The notes beneath the pieces are model-generated. The model was given only the letters and a program-made list of their open reading frames with translations, was not told the origin of the DNA and searched no databases. Of a stretch of 64,000 bases of DNA, positions 59,476 through 64,000 are shown piece after piece. Positions within the stretch are counted from its first letter, which is position 1. Each line of letters opens with the position of its first letter. The position numbers were made by a program, and so were the translations under genes. This DNA is from an uncultured Eubacteriales bacterium (lineage in GTDB: Bacteria > Bacillota > Clostridia > Lachnospirales > JAISER01), in assembly GCA_964500895.1 (NCBI GenBank), contig CAZCQP010000010.1, forward strand, positions 432 through 64,431. The letters are read 5' to 3'.

Positions 59476-59877
59476 ATGGTAAAGAAAAAAGTTGCGTTTA
59501 TATGCGTTCATAACTCTTGCCGCTCACAGATTGCAGAGGCATTAGGCAAGCATCTTGCAGCAGATGTCTTTGAAAGTTATTCGGCCGGAACCGAAACCAA
59601 ACCCCAAATCAATCAGGATGCCGTGCGGCTGATGAAACAGCTTTACGGGATAGACATGGAACAAACACAATATTCAAAGCTGTTGTCTGATATCCCGCCT
59701 GTTGATGTTGTTGTCACCATGGGATGCAATGTAAATTGTCCCCTCCTTCCCTGTACACACAGGGAGGATTGGGGTCTTGACGATCCAACGGGCAAAAGCG
59801 ATGAGGCATACACGCATATCATTCGGATGATAGAACAGAAAATCTTGGATTTAAAAGGCAAAATTAATCAGTATTGA
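59476..59877 (+). CDS. arsC: arsenate reductase (LMW-PTP/thioredoxin type)
   Basis: FICVHNSCRSQ, SAGTE, MGC..CP, WGLDDP. Confidence 0.93.
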   Translation: MVKKKVAFICVHNSCRSQIAEALGKHLAADVFESYSAGTETKPQINQDAVRLMKQLYGIDMEQTQYSKLLSDIPPVDVVVTMGCNVNCPLLPCTHREDWGLDDPTGKSDEAYTHIIRMIEQKILDLKGKINQY

Positions 59878-59966
59878 TGCATGATCAGTGCAAGGTTTAA
59901 CCACACCAGAAATGAAGCTGCTCACATTACAGAAAATGTCCAAAGCACTCCATGGTCGAACTGTTC

Positions 59967-60003
59967 ATGGAGTGCTGTATGATAGAAAAGTACAGCACTC
60001 CAT
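59967..60003. terminator. hairpin between arsC and the collagen-like gene
   Basis: ATGGAGTGCTGTA / TACAGCACTCCAT. Confidence 0.6.
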
Positions 60004-60026
60004 AAACACAACGACATTTGCATTGT

Positions 60027-61004
<978 letters not shown>

Positions 61005-61083
61005 TTATGAGAATAATAAGGCACAAAAGACATATTAGACCGATTTTCGATATAGTGTCTGAAATTTTTATACCTCTATGTTA

Positions 61084-61111
61084 TATTATATGATCGTTAA
61101 ATTAATGGTGA
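61084..61111 (-). promoter_or_regulatory. possible sigma-K promoter of the collagen-like gene
   Basis: CAC-15 nt-CATATAATA on the minus strand, an approximate match to AC-N16-CATAnnnT. Confidence 0.35.
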
Positions 61112-61340
61112 CATGTATGCTCTTATCTAGACCTTACATAAACATATGGTGAAATAACTTCTCCAAATGAGTATTTCTATATTCTGCAAACTATCGCTTT
61201 ATATTACGGATAACCTCTACGGGTTGCTTGCTACGAATGGAGAATGGAGAATGCAGAGGCAGGGCAACGTTACATACTTTTTCAAAGTATGTAACCCACT
61301 ATGAAACTTTGGCGTTGTCGAAAGTACCGTGGACCCTCTC

Positions 61341-61459
61341 GCAGGGCTCTGCCGATGGCTTTTCGCCTGCTGGCGGCTAAGGAAACGGTATGCATACAAA
61401 AACGGACGCTTTCAAATGGAGCGTCCGTTTTTGTATGCATGGGCTGTGGGAAGCCCTGC
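61341..61459. repeat. palindromic miniature element
   Basis: Terminal inverted repeat GCAGGGCT/AGCCCTGC enclosing the long stem ATGCATACAAAAACGGACGCT / AGCGTCCGTTTTTGTATGCAT. Confidence 0.5.
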
Positions 61460-61460
61460 T

Positions 61461-61643
61461 TTATAAGACCTTCTTGATGCACACGCCTATTGGTTTTGGT
61501 AGATATTTTTTGCAACTACTTGGGTATGCATCGTACATTTCACGGTAAACAAAAACCGCTACAGATCGAATATTCCGTAAGGATTCCCTGCATTGGTTGG
61601 ATTCACATTGGGAATATTCAATTAAAATATCTTTAAGATTCAT
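61461..61643 (-). CDS. short hypothetical ORF, possibly truncated
   Basis: GAGGAG RBS before ATG 61643; ends at the palindromic element. Confidence 0.35.
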   Translation of the reverse strand: MNLKDILIEYSQCESNQCRESLRNIRSVAVFVYREMYDAYPSSCKKYLPKPIGVCIKKVL

Positions 61644-61743
61644 TTTAACTCCTCGCATAGATGCGGTAGTATAAAAAAATGTACTTTAAGCCAAACATAG
61701 GCATTAAAGCTGCATCTCCGGTTTTCCGGTCGATTAATGGTTA

Positions 61744-61911
61744 TTATAACTGGATGCTTCGTTTAATTTCCTCTATTCTTATAGGTTTCCCTTCCATAAT
61801 AATAATTCTCAACTCTCCATAATTAACCTTACGAATATATTCAAACAGATTCTGTTCCTCTTTGGTTAAGAATTCTCTGAGTTTATCATTTTCAGCTTTC
61901 TGCTTCTCCAT
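61744..61911 (-). CDS. DUF2292/YezD-like small protein
   Basis: LFEYIRKVNYGELRIIIMEGKPIRIEEIKRSIQL. Confidence 0.75.
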   Translation of the reverse strand: MEKQKAENDKLREFLTKEEQNLFEYIRKVNYGELRIIIMEGKPIRIEEIKRSIQL

Positions 61912-61950
61912 ATTTTTCCTCGTTTCCGTATGCAATACATACTTGTTAAT

Positions 61951-61974
61951 AAAAAAACCACCTTTCGGTGGTTT
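61951..61974 (-). terminator. riboswitch expression-platform terminator
   Basis: AAACCACC-GAAA-GGTGGTTT plus T run on the minus strand; upstream TCGGTGG (62035-62041) can pair as an antiterminator. Confidence 0.85.
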
Positions 61975-62055
61975 AATTTTACAAGATATGAAATATTGCC
62001 CGTTCGCTCCAGCTTCCATGTTAACCCAATTCTCCCACCGAGAAAAATGCAACGC

Positions 62056-62220
62056 AGAAAAAGGCAGGTTTCCTGACTTGAGTTCATCCTTAGCTCCAAT
62101 CTTCCCGTTTTTCACAGTGATATTATAGGAGCTTCGTCCCTCTTACAGTAGCGGGGGCTGTATGGTCTTTCACCATGTTCCCTTTTCACCATGGTTTTAT
62201 TCATGGCACCTTTTCCACAT
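62056..62220 (-). ncRNA. cobalamin (B12) riboswitch
   Basis: Minus strand: AAAAGGTGC..AAAAGGGAA..GGTGAAA..CCCCCGCTACTGTAA..CACTG..GGGAAG..AAGTCAGGAAACCTGCC (B12 box). Confidence 0.93.
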
Positions 62221-62264
62221 ATATTTAATTTTTTTATGCTATGATAATTTTTAAAAAGCAATAG

Positions 62265-62338
62265 AAACTTTGCGTGCCTGTAAAAAATCATGAATGAGCT
62301 TTTTCCCTTCAAAATCCTACAAAGTCTGATATACTCAG
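62265..62338 (-). pseudogene. IS200 tnpA internal fragment
   Basis: Near-identical to 42799-42872 (LKGKSS.MIF.RHA). Confidence 0.75.
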
Positions 62339-62559
62339 AGCCTATCATTATCCCAGCAGTCTCCACGCCTGGACATGATTGCCCAAATTATATTTTTTAA
62401 GGAGTTGATATTTAGGACTCGTAAAATGAACACCCTGATTAGAGTGGATAAAGGCATCAAGACTCAGTTATTTTTTATGACGTTTCATGAGTTTTTTAAT
62501 TGTTTCTGTAGCAATATCAAGCGTGAGCCTGTCTGAAAGTTGATATAACTGTGTATTTA

Positions 62560-63277
62560 AATTTGCGATTCTTTGTATACGTTTTCTATCCATTACGGTA
62601 TTAATCTCATTTTGCAAAACCATTTTTATTGAACGTGAGCCCTTTCGTAGACATATTAAAACCCCTTCTTTGTCATTGGGCGTTTGTATGGCATAATAGG
62701 TGTTCTTCCATCTCCATCTTGGTTGATTTTCCAGGCGATGGCTGGGGTTTTGTAGCCAGCATCCACCACTTCATTTTTGATAGCCGAATATTTCTCAATG
62801 AGGCGCTTGTGGAGGGTGGGAAAAACAGTTGAATCGTATAAGTTTCCGGCTGTCAGTTCAATGTCCAAGATGTAATTGTGCTTATTGCAAACCACATTTG
62901 CGGTATAGGCAAAGCATTTTTTATGCTCACCCTTATGGAAAACCCCGCTCTCAGGGTCCGTTGTTGATACCTTGATTTCCTTGGTGCCGGGTTCGCTCCT
63001 TTTCTTTTAGTAGCTTTTTACCGTGTGCTGCCCGGTCAGCAGCTATCTCTTTTTGAAGTTCTTCCTCGTAGTAACGCACTGATTTCTCAACAACTTCGCT
63101 CATATACTTATGATTATTAGCGCTTGCCTTGATGTGCGTGCCATCAATGAATACACTTTCTTCATCTAAAAATCCATGCCGGATAATCTCGGCTACTAAC
63201 CTGTGAAAGATTTGCTCAAACAGGTCGGTTCCTTCAAGTGGCCGGCAAGCACGAACCCCTTTTGGGCTGCTAATCAA
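62560..63277 (-). pseudogene. IS1182-family transposase, frameshifted and truncated
   Basis: FIDGTHIKASAN, TDPESGVFHKGEHK, DAGYKTPAIA spread across frames. Confidence 0.85.
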
Positions 63278-63337
63278 CAGTAATGGTAATCATTGCATAC
63301 CCGTTGTTAGTCCTTTGGGGCAACAGCTGAATATTTT

Positions 63338-64000
63338 TTATGGAACAATTCTAAAAACAGTACCTTGATATAAATCGTTCACGTTCATAGAGCCGTAAAC
63401 CCCTAAAAACAATACTGTTTGATCCAGGTTCGTTCCCAAGCTAACATAAAACGCTGGCTTGGTACCAAAATCGTAATCAACCTCAATAACACTATAATCA
63501 TTTAGCTTACAATCTGTCCTTGCCTTGGTATAAGCTAATGTCCCTCTCGCCGGAGATTGTGCGCCATCTTCTTGCTCTAGGGCAAAATCTGTAAATACAA
63601 TGTTACCCTTCAAATCCGGTATTTCATTTCCCATATAGCACTGAACCGCTGTAAGTGCAGAGCCTTCAAATTTATCAGGGCGTTGATCTTGATGATAATA
63701 ACAAGTCAGGGGTGAAATACGCTCCACTGCTGTTTTTATCGCTTCATTGTAATAAGCCGTTGTTTTTTCATTCAGCTCAGGGTTTGCCTGGCAATCTCGC
63801 ATTACCTGAGTAGGAAAAACGCCTTCCCAGCCACGCCAACCAAAATTAATCAGTCCTTCTTGATCCTGCTTAGATTCCTTTATGGAAGCTTGAGTAAGCT
63901 GAGTAACCGGTATTGGTTTGTATTGTCCAAAGGAATAAATTGACTCTACCAGGTCCTGTCCGATATTTCCCACATATTTGATATATTGATTATCACACCT
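63338..64000 (-). CDS. glucose/sorbosone dehydrogenase-like (PQQ-type beta-propeller) protein, 5' part outside window
   Basis: GNIGQDLVE, NFGWRGWEG, Y.G..IPDLKG..VF.DF; frame open to the window edge. Confidence 0.75.
   Translation of the reverse strand, partial: RCDNQYIKYVGNIGQDLVESIYSFGQYKPIPVTQLTQASIKESKQDQEGLINFGWRGWEGVFPTQVMRDCQANPELNEKTTAYYNEAIKTAVERISPLTCYYHQDQRPDKFEGSALTAVQCYMGNEIPDLKGNIVFTDFALEQEDGAQSPARGTLAYTKARTDCKLNDYSVIEVDYDFGTKPAFYVSLGTNLDQTVLFLGVYGSMNVNDLYQGTVFRIVP

Overview
This is a chromosomal window from a spore-forming clostridial Firmicute. The taxonomy is inferred from sigH, remA, the gmk-rpoZ-priA-def-fmt order and an exosporium-type collagen-like gene; a Lachnospirales-like lineage is a guess. 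Bases ~1-31,000 are mostly housekeeping: ssb-rpsF with an S6:S18 leader, rqcH, yicC-remA-gmk-rpoZ-priA-def-fmt, recJ-apt-prs-ispF, cysE-cysS-mrnC-rlmB-rae1-sigH, trpS, yhaM and rlmD. A few accessory genes interrupt this run, including a Cas4-like nuclease that appears split into two membrane-anchored ORFs, with no CRISPR array in the window. An accessory region starts right after rlmD and runs to the end (~31,100-64,000). In order it holds an AT-rich orphan nuclease-like gene, an ECF sigma/anti-sigma trio, a ClbS/VOC/DUF5131/AraC-GyrI putative genotoxin-resistance cluster, IS200, and an fdrA/DUF1116/DUF2877/carbamate kinase catabolic operon with AbgT and DUF3100 transporters. It continues with an arsR-arsD-arsA-acr3-arsC operon carrying an embedded ferredoxin/cysteine desulfurase/Fe-S module, a collagen-like gene, a cobalamin riboswitch controlling a DUF2292-like small gene, and IS debris. 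All calls come from motif recognition by eye; no database searches were run. The best candidates for undescribed systems are the split membrane-bound Cas4-like pair, the sulfur/Fe-S module in the ars operon, the ClbS island, and the riboswitch-DUF2292-terminator relay.
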